A stretch of 63,877 nucleotides of DNA, counting the filler. It is 7 parts of 7 records of this genome, joined end to end, with 100 filler letters (N's around TTAATTAATTAA, not from the genome) between each part and the next. Parts side by side here need not be neighbours in the genome. Positions count along the whole stretch, not along the records: positions 1 to 12,657 come from SRR20825019_1209; 6 more parts are not named here. One strand, 5' to 3'. Of this stretch, positions 1 through 9,501 are shown piece by piece. Numbering within the stretch: position 1 is the stretch's first letter; each line of letters begins with the position of its first letter. A program made the position numbers and the translations under genes. The notes under the pieces were generated by a model that worked only from the letters and a program-made list of their open reading frames with translations, was not told where the DNA came from and ran no database searches.

Positions 1-129
1 CATTTCCGGCGATCCCGTTTTCACCGGAAACGCTCCATTCGTTGTGAAGCGGATCCGGCGGCGGCGTTTACTCTTGAATTTTTCCCGCTTTTCCTCGTTT
101 GGAGCGTCCGCTGGTGGCCCACAGGGCGC

Positions 130-410
130 CGCGGCGGATGATCTCGGTCACCCGCGGCACCCCGGCATTTCCGAACTGATGACGATGACAGCATAGCCCT
201 GGCGGGCGAGCGCTATGCCGATGCCGCCCTTGATGGGGCTGAAACGGCGATGGCTCTGTGGCAGGCGAAAACCCCGCGCGAGCGGTCCGAAATTCTGAGA
301 AAAGCCTGGGAACTGATGACCGCGCGGCTCGATGAATTCGCCCGCTGCATCACGCTTGAAAACGGCAAGGCCCGCACCCCGCGTCTGACGAAGATTGGCA
401 CGCGATCGTA
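130..410. pseudogene. Mosaic of short gene remnants: aldehyde dehydrogenase (GabD-like) fragment on + (250-370) and SDR-like fragments
   Basis: +250 frame reads WQAKTPRERSEILRKAWELMTARLDEFARCITLENGK, typical of succinate-semialdehyde dehydrogenases, then loses similarity. The minus strand near 130-240 reads GGIGIALARQGYAVIV, like an SDR N-terminus. Confidence 0.55.
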
Positions 411-538
411 TCCGATTGCGTGCCAAGGCAACCGCGGTGCAGGGCGTTGCGCACCAGGCAGATCGCTGCCTCGAAGCCCTGCACGTCACGCCGATCGAAG
501 CCCCGGTAATTCAGGAACTCTCTGTCAAACAGCACCGC

Positions 539-1660
539 TCACGCGGGCTGCAACTGGCCGGTATCGAGGAACCGTTCGAGTTGATCGACATAGGGGGCGA
601 TGTCTAGGCCGTTTTCTTTCAGCCAGTCGGAGTTGTAATAGGTATCGGCATAGCGCGCGCCGCTGTCGCAGATCAGCGTGACCAGCGAGCCTTCGCGCTT
701 CTCGTGCATCATCTGCGCCGCGATCTGGCAGAGGCCGAAGAAATTCGTGCCCGTCGAACCGCCGACCTGTCGGAATATGCGCTGCGAGAGCACGTGCATG
801 GCCGCCAGCGACGCCGCATCGGGGACCCGGATCATATGATCGATGACCGTCGGCAGGAAGGATGGCTCGACGCGCGGACGGCCGATGCCCTCGATCCTGG
901 AGCCGTCATCGCGGCTGACCGTGCGGTCGCCGCTGACATAGCTGTCGTAAAACACCGAATTCTCGACATCGACGACGCAGAGCCGCGTCGGCAGGTTGCG
1001 GTAGCGGATATAGCGGCCGATCGTGGCCGATGTGCCGCCGGTGCCGGCGCTCATCACCACCCATTCGGGCGTCGGGTGTTCCTCGTTCTCCATCTGCGCG
1101 AAAATGCTTTCGGCAATGTTGTTGTTGCCGCGCCAGTCGGTGGCGCGCTCGGCGAAGGTGAACTGGTCGAGATAGTGGCCGCCGGTTTCACCGGCGATCC
1201 GCTGCGCCGCCTCATAGACCTCGCCCGAGCGCTCGACCAGATGGCAGCGGCCGCCGAAGCGCTCGATCGCCTCGATCTTCTGGCGCGATGTCGTGCGCGG
1301 CATCACGGCGATGAACGGCAGATGCAGGATCCGGGCGAAATAGGCCTCGGAAACCGCCGTGGAGCCCGACGACGCTTCCACCAGCGTCGTTCCCTCGCGG
1401 ATATGCCCGTTGCAGATGCCGTAGAGAACCAGCGAGCGGGCGAGGCGGTGTTTCAGGCTGCCGGTCGGGTGGGTGCTTTCATCCTTCAGATAGACCGAAA
1501 GACCGGAGAGCCCCGGGAAAACCGGCTTGATCAGGTGGGTGTCGGCGGAGCGTCGCGCGTCTCCCTGCAACAGCCCGATGGCGCGGCGCGCCCAGGCACG
1601 TTCGGCGCAGGCGGGCAGTGCGATCGAAAGACTGTCGGCCAACAGGCTGTTGCTGCTCAT
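539..1660 (-). CDS. PLP-dependent cysteine synthase-family protein, Cds1-like L-cysteine desulfhydrase
   Basis: [21 protein letters not shown] (PLP Lys), [33 protein letters not shown]. Confidence 0.85.
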   Translation of the reverse strand: MSSNSLLADSLSIALPACAERAWARRAIGLLQGDARRSADTHLIKPVFPGLSGLSVYLKDESTHPTGSLKHRLARSLVLYGICNGHIREGTTLVEASSGSTAVSEAYFARILHLPFIAVMPRTTSRQKIEAIERFGGRCHLVERSGEVYEAAQRIAGETGGHYLDQFTFAERATDWRGNNNIAESIFAQMENEEHPTPEWVVMSAGTGGTSATIGRYIRYRNLPTRLCVVDVENSVFYDSYVSGDRTVSRDDGSRIEGIGRPRVEPSFLPTVIDHMIRVPDAASLAAMHVLSQRIFRQVGGSTGTNFFGLCQIAAQMMHEKREGSLVTLICDSGARYADTYYNSDWLKENGLDIAPYVDQLERFLDTGQLQPA

Positions 1661-1663
1661 GGA

Positions 1664-2038
1664 TCAGATCCCGATGATCGCTTCGATTTCGACCAGCGCG
1701 CCCTTCGGTAGGGCCGAGACTTCATAGCAGGCCCGCGCCGGGAAGGGTTCGGCGAAGGCCTTGCCGTATTCCGTGTTGACATCGTTGAAACCGGAAAGGT
1801 CGGTCAGGAGCACGGTGGTCTTGAGCGTTTTCGTCAGGTCGGTTCCCGCCTCGGTGGCGATGGCTGCGATATTCTTCAAGCATTGCCGCACCTGCTCGAC
1901 CGCGCCGCCTTCCACGAACGCGCCGGTTGCCGGGTCGATCGGGAGCTGGCCCGATACGAACAGCAGATCGCCCTGGCGGATGGCCTGGCTGTAGGGCCCG
2001 ATTGCGGCAGGGGCGTTTGCGGTGGCGATGGCTTTCAT
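1664..2038 (-). CDS. ridA: RidA family enamine/imine deaminase
   Basis: APAAIGPYSQA, SGQLP, FPARACYEVSALPKGALVEIEAI with the catalytic Arg. Confidence 0.92.
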   Translation of the reverse strand: MKAIATANAPAAIGPYSQAIRQGDLLFVSGQLPIDPATGAFVEGGAVEQVRQCLKNIAAIATEAGTDLTKTLKTTVLLTDLSGFNDVNTEYGKAFAEPFPARACYEVSALPKGALVEIEAIIGI

Positions 2039-2622
2039 GACGAGGTCCTCTTGTCTTCATTGTCTGAATGGCCGAGCGGATGCATCAGGCGATTGGCCCA
2101 GCCGAAGATTGCAATAGCATGGATGAGGTCGATGATCTCGAAAGGTTCGAGGCCTGCAGCCTTCAGCTTCTCGATATGACTGCCGTCCGCGCGCGGCGGC
2201 GTCGCCGTCAGGGCTTCGGCAAAATCGACGATCGCGGCGTCGCGGGCAGACAGCGCCGCGCGGTTTTCCGTCCAGAGCGCTGCAATCACGGCGGAGGTGC
2301 CGGAGAGGCGGATATGCTGACGTGCGTGGACATTGGCGCAGTAGCGGCAGCCATTGATCCTGGAGGCGGCAAGCGCGCCGAGTTCGCGTTCGGCGCGCGG
2401 CAGTCCGCCCTCGGCATACATGATCGCATTGAACAGCGTGGTGCGCGCGACATAGCTTTCCGGATCGTGGGCAAGTGTTCGCACATAGGGCGAAACCTTC
2501 TTGGCCGATGGCGTCACCTTCATCGCTTCCAACTGTTCGGCCGTGGCGTCCTCGACCTCGACCGGCGGCAGATGCGGATGCCAGGTGAGCGGCTTGATGC
2601 GGATGGCTCCCAGAGCGCTCAT
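2035..2622 (-). CDS. AhpD/CMD-like peroxidase-related protein
   Basis: ERELGALAASRINGCRYCANVH (CxxC..H) and C-terminal FGWANRLM. Confidence 0.85.
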   Translation of the reverse strand: MSALGAIRIKPLTWHPHLPPVEVEDATAEQLEAMKVTPSAKKVSPYVRTLAHDPESYVARTTLFNAIMYAEGGLPRAERELGALAASRINGCRYCANVHARQHIRLSGTSAVIAALWTENRAALSARDAAIVDFAEALTATPPRADGSHIEKLKAAGLEPFEIIDLIHAIAIFGWANRLMHPLGHSDNEDKRTSS

Positions 2623-3107
2623 GCGGTTTCCTCCAGAAGTGCGAGGCCGTGGGCGACCCGGATCTGGAAGCAGGCGAAGGCCAGAAGCTCCGAAAGCGCG
2701 ATCACCTGCGGCACGGTCAATCCGGCCCCAAGCAGCGCGTCAAGGCTTTCGCGGGTGCTCTCGCCCGGATCGACGGCGATCATGTCGGCATGGGCGCCGA
2801 TCGCGGCAAGGCGGCGATCGTCCGGCATCTTGCCGCGCGAAAGCTCCGCCAGGGCCTTCTCCCCGGGGACCGGATATTCGGCAAGCAGCCGTTCATTGCC
2901 GGCTGTCAGCGCCACTCGACGGGCGATCGCCGCGCGCAGCGCCGGAGAAAGACCGAGATCGTCTTCAGGGGCGAGAACCGCCATGCGGCAATCCTCCGCG
3001 CCATTGAGAAATTCGGGGCGAAGCGCGCGCAGGGCGAAGACGGCGTCGCCGTCGGCAAGGCCGCCGGCGCGGTCCAGCGCGTCGGGCCGGGCATGATGTA
3101 TGGTCAT
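2619..3107 (-). CDS. CMD-domain protein without CxxC (YciW/Avi_7170-like), 162 aa
   Basis: Likely start is the ATG at 3107, overlapping the dctM stop (ATGA). Motifs ALRALRPEF and GLTVPQVIALSELLAFACFQIRV. Confidence 0.75.
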   Translation of the reverse strand: MTIHHARPDALDRAGGLADGDAVFALRALRPEFLNGAEDCRMAVLAPEDDLGLSPALRAAIARRVALTAGNERLLAEYPVPGEKALAELSRGKMPDDRRLAAIGAHADMIAVDPGESTRESLDALLGAGLTVPQVIALSELLAFACFQIRVAHGLALLEETA

Positions 3108-4393
3108 TGTGGTCCCATTATGAGATTGGGGAGCCAGAGCGTGATCTCCGGCACGGTCGCCAGCAGGATCAGCACGACGATCGGCGGGATCAGCAATGGC
3201 AGGATAGAGATCGCCAGCTTTTCGAAGCGTACGCCCGAAACAGCCGACATCAGATAGAGCCCGACGCCAAGCGGCGGCGTGGCGATGCCTAAAAGCAGGG
3301 CAAGCGTGATCACCATGCCGAACTGCACCCGGTCGATGCCGAAGGCATCGGCTGCGGGCAGCAGCAGCGGCAGGAGGATGATCTTTGCGGGCGTCGCCTC
3401 CATGAAGCAGCCGATAATGATCAGCAGCACGATGGTGAAACCCATGAACACCCACGGCTTGGCGATCGCGTCCAGAATGCCGGAAGCGAAGGCCTGCGGC
3501 ACCTGTTCGAAGGCGAACAGCCAGCCCATGATCTGGGAAAAGCCGATGATCATCATGATCAGCGCCGAAAGCACGGCGCTTTCAACCAGCGCATTGCGGA
3601 CGCCCTCAAAGGTGACGGTGCGATAGAAGAGGCCGATCAGCAGCGAATAGCCGCAGGCGATCACGCCCGCCTCGGTGGCCGTGGCAAAGCCGAAGATGAT
3701 GGAACTGAGAATGATCGCGGGCGCAATCAGGGCCGGCAATCCCTCGATCGTGGCGCGGCGCAGATCCCGCATGCTGGCGCGTTTTTCCCGCGGCATCGGC
3801 GTCCAGATCGAAACGACCCGGATATAGAAGATGAAGGCGAGCGCGACGAGGATGCCGGGAATGATGCCAGCGAGAAACAGCCGGGCCACCGACTGGTTGG
3901 CAAGCCAGGCATAAACGATCAGGCTGATCGAGGGCGGAACGATCGGCCCGACAAGCGAGGTCGCGACGGTGAGGGCTGCGGAGAATTCGAGCGAATAGCC
4001 ACGCTCGCGCATCGCCTTGACCTCGAGCTGGCCGAGACCGGCGATATCGGCGGTAGCCGCGCCCGAAACGCCCGCAAACAGCAGCGAGGCGACGACATTG
4101 ACATAGGCAAGCCCCGCCCGGAAATGGCCGATCAGCGCGAGGCAGAAATTGAAGATGCGGTCGGTCAACCCGATCGTGTTCATCAGGTTGCCCGCCAGCA
4201 CGAAGAACGGGATCGCCAGAAGCGCGGGCTTTGCCGCGCCGTCGAGAATCTGTTGCGGGATGACGAGGCCCATGTCGCCGAAACCGGCCCAGTAGAGACC
4301 GATGATGGCCCCGGCGCCGATGGCGATTGTAACCGATACGCCGAGAAGCATCAGCAGCACGAAACCGCCGATGACGATCAGACCGAGGATCAT
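3104..4393 (-). CDS. dctM: TRAP transporter large permease
   Basis: LAIPFFVLAGNLM, FAGVSGAATAD, PIVPPSI, TPPLG; about 12 TM segments. Confidence 0.95.
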   Translation of the reverse strand: MILGLIVIGGFVLLMLLGVSVTIAIGAGAIIGLYWAGFGDMGLVIPQQILDGAAKPALLAIPFFVLAGNLMNTIGLTDRIFNFCLALIGHFRAGLAYVNVVASLLFAGVSGAATADIAGLGQLEVKAMRERGYSLEFSAALTVATSLVGPIVPPSISLIVYAWLANQSVARLFLAGIIPGILVALAFIFYIRVVSIWTPMPREKRASMRDLRRATIEGLPALIAPAIILSSIIFGFATATEAGVIACGYSLLIGLFYRTVTFEGVRNALVESAVLSALIMMIIGFSQIMGWLFAFEQVPQAFASGILDAIAKPWVFMGFTIVLLIIIGCFMEATPAKIILLPLLLPAADAFGIDRVQFGMVITLALLLGIATPPLGVGLYLMSAVSGVRFEKLAISILPLLIPPIVVLILLATVPEITLWLPNLIMGPQ

Positions 4394-4920
4394 TCGACCG
4401 CTCCTTTTTCCACCGATTCGATGTCACGCGGAAAGGCTTCGACCCGGCCCGTGGCGATCTCGATGAAGGACAACAGGAAATGCATGAAAACCAGCGCCGA
4501 GGAGATGAACAGCGGCAGCGACTGGGTCCAGATCGGAAGGCCGGTGCCATCCATCGGCGCGCGCTGCAGGGCGATCAGCGCTGGTGCTGCGCGCAGGATC
4601 GCGACCATGACGGCCATGCCGACAAGACAGGCGAACAGACCGCCGATCCGACGCCAGAACGGCGGCAGGCGCGACATGAAAATGTCGACAACCACATCGC
4701 GGCGGTTGCGCATGTAGACGAAGAAACCGAGCAGCAGCATCCAGATGAACAGCAGCAGCGTCCAGGAGAATATCCAGCCGAAGGCATGATCGAACACCGC
4801 CCGAAAGGCGACGTTGAACAGGTTCAGGGCGACCATGACGGCAAGACAGAGGGTTGCCAGCCCCTTGAAGAGGCTGGCGATGGCGTCAAGAAGGCCGTCA
4901 AGCGTCCGCATGGCGATCAC
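4390..4920 (-). CDS. dctQ: TRAP transporter small permease
   Basis: Four hydrophobic segments, lies between dctP and dctM with overlapping start/stop codons. Confidence 0.9.
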   Translation of the reverse strand: MIAMRTLDGLLDAIASLFKGLATLCLAVMVALNLFNVAFRAVFDHAFGWIFSWTLLLFIWMLLLGFFVYMRNRRDVVVDIFMSRLPPFWRRIGGLFACLVGMAVMVAILRAAPALIALQRAPMDGTGLPIWTQSLPLFISSALVFMHFLLSFIEIATGRVEAFPRDIESVEKGAVE

Positions 4921-5927
4921 TCTTGCTTTGCGGCCTGAACGGCGTCGATCAGGCCGGCCGGCAGCTCGCCCTTGTCAGCGCGTTCCTGATAGAAGACCGC
5001 CATTTTCTCGCCGAACTGGGTGGTGTCGAAATCGAAGTTCACGGTGACGCCGTCTTTCGATTCCAGGTCGGACTTCAGCGTTGCGGCCTGTTCTTCCAGC
5101 AACTGGCGGGCATAGGCGGATGCTTCCGCATGGGCGCGCTCGAAGGCTTCCTGCTGCTCCGGCGTGAGCTTGTCCCAGGCATTGGCATTCATCATCCAGG
5201 CCACGGCCTGGGGATATTCGTCCGTCCTGATGATATAGGGCGCGACTTCATAGAAGCGCGTCGATTCGATCAGCTCCGCCGGAGAGGTCACGGCGTCGAC
5301 GATGCCGCGATTGATGCCGTCATAGACCTCGCCCCAGGGCAGGACGCGCACTTCCGCGCCAAGATAGGTCCAGGCGTCGATCACGAGCTGATCCTGGAAT
5401 TGGCGCAGCTTCAGGCCGTTGATGTCGTCGACCGTCTCGACCGGCTTGTTGGCGAGGAGCGTGCGGAACGTGCCGCGCGGCATGTCCGGAATGCTGCCGA
5501 GAATGGTGATGTTGGCCTTATCGTTCACCGCTCCGAGCCATGACTGGAACAACTCGCCATCGATGAAGTTCGACCACTGATCGTAATTGTCGAACAGGAA
5601 GGGAGCGGAGGCATAGCGGATGCTGTCTTCCCAGCGCGACATGAAGGACAGGCTCGACGGGGCAAGCTGGATGATCCCCTGGCTGAGCTGCTCGATGACG
5701 GAATCCATCGAGCCGATCTGCTCGTTGGGATAGATTTTCACCTCGATGTCGCCATCGGTGTATTCGGTCACAAGGTCGGCGAATTTCTGGTAGGCCTTAC
5801 CCTCGAAACTGTCGGGCGTCATCATCGAGCTCAGTCGCCAGATCTCGGTTGCTGATGAAGGCTGGGCCACGGCGATGGTCCCGATGGCGATCGTCGCGAT
5901 GCCCGCGAAGCGTGTTATCAAAGACAT
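4917..5927 (-). CDS. dctP: TRAP transporter substrate-binding protein
   Basis: Signal peptide, IYPNEQIG, DINGLKLR, LPWGEVYDGINRGIVDA. Confidence 0.92.
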   Translation of the reverse strand: MSLITRFAGIATIAIGTIAVAQPSSATEIWRLSSMMTPDSFEGKAYQKFADLVTEYTDGDIEVKIYPNEQIGSMDSVIEQLSQGIIQLAPSSLSFMSRWEDSIRYASAPFLFDNYDQWSNFIDGELFQSWLGAVNDKANITILGSIPDMPRGTFRTLLANKPVETVDDINGLKLRQFQDQLVIDAWTYLGAEVRVLPWGEVYDGINRGIVDAVTSPAELIESTRFYEVAPYIIRTDEYPQAVAWMMNANAWDKLTPEQQEAFERAHAEASAYARQLLEEQAATLKSDLESKDGVTVNFDFDTTQFGEKMAVFYQERADKGELPAGLIDAVQAAKQE

Positions 5928-6054
5928 GCTGCTATTCCTCTGTTTTTATCTTGTCGTTGCGTTTGCCGCGCATCGCCGCTTGACGGCGTGTTGCGCATCG
6001 ATGACTTAATCTGCACTTGCCAATATCACATATATGGATAATGATGAGTTCAAT

Positions 6055-7020
6055 ATGTCAATATCGAATGATAAAATTTCTGATGTGAAGACGCTGGAAG
6101 CTTTCCAGGCCGCCATGGCCTGCGGATCGATGACGGCCGCCGCCAAGCAGTTGGGCATCGGGCAACCGGCCGTGACCCGGCAGATCAAGGAGCTGGAGGA
6201 TTCGGTGGGCTTTGCGCTGTTCCACCGCAACGGTCCGCGCATCTCGCCGACCGAGCGCGGCCTGCAGTTCTACGGTGAGGTGCAGCGGCTGATGTCTGGC
6301 CTGCACCAGATCCGCGAGCGCGCCGCCGCCATTCGCGACGGTCGGATCGCGGCGATCGATATCGCCGCCACGCCGACCATGGCTGGCGGGCTGTTGAGCC
6401 CAACGCTTGCGCGCATGGGGCAAGACCTGCCGGGCGTTGTCAACATCGAGACCATGAATGCCGAGCATGTGGCGCGCGCACTGACCAGCAGGACGGCGGA
6501 TTTCGGCATCTCCGCCCTGCCGTTCGAACACGCCACGCTGGAAGCGAAGGTGATCTGCGAATCCCGGCTGGTCGCGGCTGTCGAAAAGGGCGGGCCGTTC
6601 GATATCACCGGGCCGCTCCCGCTCGAAACCCTCGCCGCCGCGCGGCTTTTGACTGTCGGCAATGCCTACCGCATTCGCGGCAAGATCAACGGCGCGCTCA
6701 AGCGCGAAGACATTGTCCCGGCCGCCGAGATGGTCACCAATTCCTCGCTCAACGCCATGATGGCCGCGCGCGCGGGGCTTGGTATCGCCATCATCGATCC
6801 GGTGACGGCGTTCGGCATTCCGGTCGAGGGCGTGTCGATCCGGCCGCTCGCCGTTGCCCTGCCCTATATCTGGGGGCTTTTCAGCGCCGCCGGGCGGGTG
6901 CTTCCCGGCGAACTTCTTTCTTTCGTGGCAGGTTTCGAGGCTGCCTGTTCGAAGACAATACCAGACTGCGTGTTTCACGACCCCTCGGATGTCCGGTTGC
7001 TGGAACGGTCCAGTCTGTAA
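6055..7020 (+). CDS. LysR family transcriptional regulator (start could be 6034, 6055 or 6085)
   Basis: HTH GSMTAAAKQLGIGQPAVTRQIKELEDSVGFALFHR; divergent from the TRAP operon. Confidence 0.93.
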   Translation: MSISNDKISDVKTLEAFQAAMACGSMTAAAKQLGIGQPAVTRQIKELEDSVGFALFHRNGPRISPTERGLQFYGEVQRLMSGLHQIRERAAAIRDGRIAAIDIAATPTMAGGLLSPTLARMGQDLPGVVNIETMNAEHVARALTSRTADFGISALPFEHATLEAKVICESRLVAAVEKGGPFDITGPLPLETLAAARLLTVGNAYRIRGKINGALKREDIVPAAEMVTNSSLNAMMAARAGLGIAIIDPVTAFGIPVEGVSIRPLAVALPYIWGLFSAAGRVLPGELLSFVAGFEAACSKTIPDCVFHDPSDVRLLERSSL

Positions 7021-7039
7021 TGCAAGGAATAGAACCCGA

Positions 7040-8470
7040 ATGACGGAAACCTCTGGCCTTGTGGCGCTGGAAGCCGAACTTGAGCGGCAGCGCACGCTGC
7101 TGAACCTGCCTCCCAAGGCATGGATGCCGGCGACGGGCGGCCCGGATGGCACCGAGGTCCTGGATGTGGCGGTCATCGGGGCCGGACTGTGCGGTCTTGT
7201 CGCCAATCTTGCCCTGCGGATGGAGGGGATTTCCAACGTCCGCCTGTTCGACCGGGCGCCGAAGGGGCGGGAAGGGCCGTGGATCACCTATGCCCGGATG
7301 GAAACGCTGCGCACCGTCAAGGCCGCCGCGGGCCCCGCGATGGGTATACCCGCGCTCACCTTCCGCGCCTGGTTTGAGGCGCAATGGGGCGAGAAGGCCT
7401 GGGACTGCATGGATCTCGCGCCGCGCACCATGTGGATGGACTACATGAAATGGTTCGCCCGGGTGACCGAGGCGGATGTCGTCAACGACTGCGATGTCGA
7501 CGCGATCAACCCGGAGGGCAATCTGCTTCGCCTGACGACGACCAAGGGCGCGGTTCTCGCCCGCCGGGTGGTGATCGCAACCGGGCTGGACGCCCTGGGC
7601 GCGCCGCGCCTTCCGGCTTGCGCGCGTCAAATCGCGAAGGGCAAGGTCTATCATTCCGCCGATGTCTTCGACACGAAAACGCTGAAGGACAAGCGCGTCA
7701 TTGTCGTCGGGGCGGGCGCTTCTGCCATGGACAATGCCGCGACCGCGCTTGAGGAGGGCTGCGCGCGGCTCGATCTTCTGGTCCGCCGTCCCGCCATTCC
7801 GGTGATCGACAAGTTCACCGGAACCGGTTCGCGCGGCATGACATCCGGCTATGTCGGCCTTCCTGACCGGGTCAAGTGGGAGGTCATGAACGAGGGCGAC
7901 CGTTTTCCCGTTCCCCCGCCGAAACATTCGGTCGAGCGCGTCGCCCGCCACGCCAACGCGTTTCTCCATGTCGGCGCAGCCGTCACCGCCATTGAGGAGA
8001 CGCCGGACGGCATCCGCATGGTCACGCCCAAAGGCGTTCTTGAGGCCGATGTCGCCATTTTCGCAACCGGCTTCGGCATCGACCTTGCCGAGCGGCCGGA
8101 GCTTCAAGCCTTCGCGCCGCATATCCGCACATGGGGCGATGTCATGGGGCCTGAAAAGGCGGCGGAAAATCCCGGTCTTGCTGCCCATCCCTATCTCGCG
8201 CCCGACTTCGCCTTTCTTGAAAAGACGGAAGGCGCCTGCCCGGCGCTTTCAAAACTGACATGCTTTGCCTATCCCTCCGTTCCCAGCCACGGCAAGGTGA
8301 CCTCCGGTATTCCGTCCTCCAGCGAAGGTGCGCGCCGACTGGCCTCCGGGCTGGTGCGCTCCTTCATGGCGGAAGACGCCGAGATCCATCTCGCCCGCTT
8401 CCGCGACTATGATGTGCCCGACATGACCGGCGAGGAATGGCTTGCGAGCGACCTCACCGTCACCGCCTGA
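7040..8470 (+). CDS. FAD/NAD(P)H-dependent flavoprotein monooxygenase (HpyO-like), 476 aa
   Basis: GAGLCG, VVIATG, second Rossmann motif GAGASA, FATG, EGPWITYARMETLR. RBS AAGGA precedes the ATG at 7040. Confidence 0.8.
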   Translation: MTETSGLVALEAELERQRTLLNLPPKAWMPATGGPDGTEVLDVAVIGAGLCGLVANLALRMEGISNVRLFDRAPKGREGPWITYARMETLRTVKAAAGPAMGIPALTFRAWFEAQWGEKAWDCMDLAPRTMWMDYMKWFARVTEADVVNDCDVDAINPEGNLLRLTTTKGAVLARRVVIATGLDALGAPRLPACARQIAKGKVYHSADVFDTKTLKDKRVIVVGAGASAMDNAATALEEGCARLDLLVRRPAIPVIDKFTGTGSRGMTSGYVGLPDRVKWEVMNEGDRFPVPPPKHSVERVARHANAFLHVGAAVTAIEETPDGIRMVTPKGVLEADVAIFATGFGIDLAERPELQAFAPHIRTWGDVMGPEKAAENPGLAAHPYLAPDFAFLEKTEGACPALSKLTCFAYPSVPSHGKVTSGIPSSSEGARRLASGLVRSFMAEDAEIHLARFRDYDVPDMTGEEWLASDLTVTA

Positions 8471-8487
8471 AATCTAGGACAACTGCC

Positions 8488-9477
8488 ATGAATGAAACCT
8501 ATATCCATTCCTCCTCGATCGTCATCGACGCGCTGCAATGCTCCGATTTCAATCGCGAGATTCTTCTGGAAGCCCAGAGCGGCGGCGTGACCGCGATCAG
8601 CGCTTCCTCCGTGTTGTGGGAGAATTTCCGCGGCGGCATCGACTATGTGATCATGTGGAAGCAGAAGCTCGCCGAAAACGCCGACATCGCCATGCCGATC
8701 AAGACGCTGGACGATATCCGCCGCGCCAAGGCGGAGGGCAAGGTCGGCATCATCTTCGGCTGGCAGAACACCTCGCCGGTCGAGGACCGGCTGGATTATT
8801 TCGGCGTTTTCAAGGATCTCGGCGTCAACATCATGCAGTTGACCTACAATACCCAGAACCTGTTCGGCGCTGGCTATCTCGAGGAAAAGGACAGCGGCCT
8901 GACCGGTTTCGGGCGCGAGGCGGTCGATGAGATGGGCCGATGCGGGGTTCTCATCGACCTGTCCCATGTCGGTATCCAGACGTCGCTCGACACGATCGCC
9001 TGTTCGCAAAAGCCGGTTGCCATCACCCATTGCCTGCCGCGCGGGCTGAAGGATGTGCCGCGCAACAAGCCGGACGAGGTATTCAAGGCCTGCGCCGAAA
9101 AGGGCGGCGTCATCGGAACCTCACTGTTTGCACCCGGCCTTGCCAGGGGCAATGACGCGACGGTTGCCGACGTGATCGACGCCATGGAATACACGCTGGA
9201 TCTGGTCGGCGAGGACCATGTCGCCATCGGCACGGACTTCAACCACAACCGGCCGCGTCCGGGCCCCTGGTTGCTGTGGGCCAACAAGGACAAGGGCACC
9301 GGCCGCACGCTGACCGAATTCGGCTCGGCCAAGATCACCAAGCCGGAAGGAATCCGGCGCAATGACGAATTCCCGAACCTTGCCGCGGAAATGCAGCGCC
9401 GGGGCTGGTCGCAGACGCGGATCGAAAAGATCCTCGGCGGCAACTGGATGCGGCTGTTCGGCACGGTCTGGGGCTGA
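8488..9477 (+). CDS. Membrane dipeptidase (M19)-fold amidohydrolase, atypical subfamily
   Basis: QLTYNTQN, GLTGFGREAVDEM, IDLSHVG, SH/TH..PRNK, GTDF, ILGGNW. Confidence 0.85.
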   Translation: MNETYIHSSSIVIDALQCSDFNREILLEAQSGGVTAISASSVLWENFRGGIDYVIMWKQKLAENADIAMPIKTLDDIRRAKAEGKVGIIFGWQNTSPVEDRLDYFGVFKDLGVNIMQLTYNTQNLFGAGYLEEKDSGLTGFGREAVDEMGRCGVLIDLSHVGIQTSLDTIACSQKPVAITHCLPRGLKDVPRNKPDEVFKACAEKGGVIGTSLFAPGLARGNDATVADVIDAMEYTLDLVGEDHVAIGTDFNHNRPRPGPWLLWANKDKGTGRTLTEFGSAKITKPEGIRRNDEFPNLAAEMQRRGWSQTRIEKILGGNWMRLFGTVWG

Positions 9478-9501
9478 GGGGCTTCAGCGCTCGCCGAGGG
9501 T

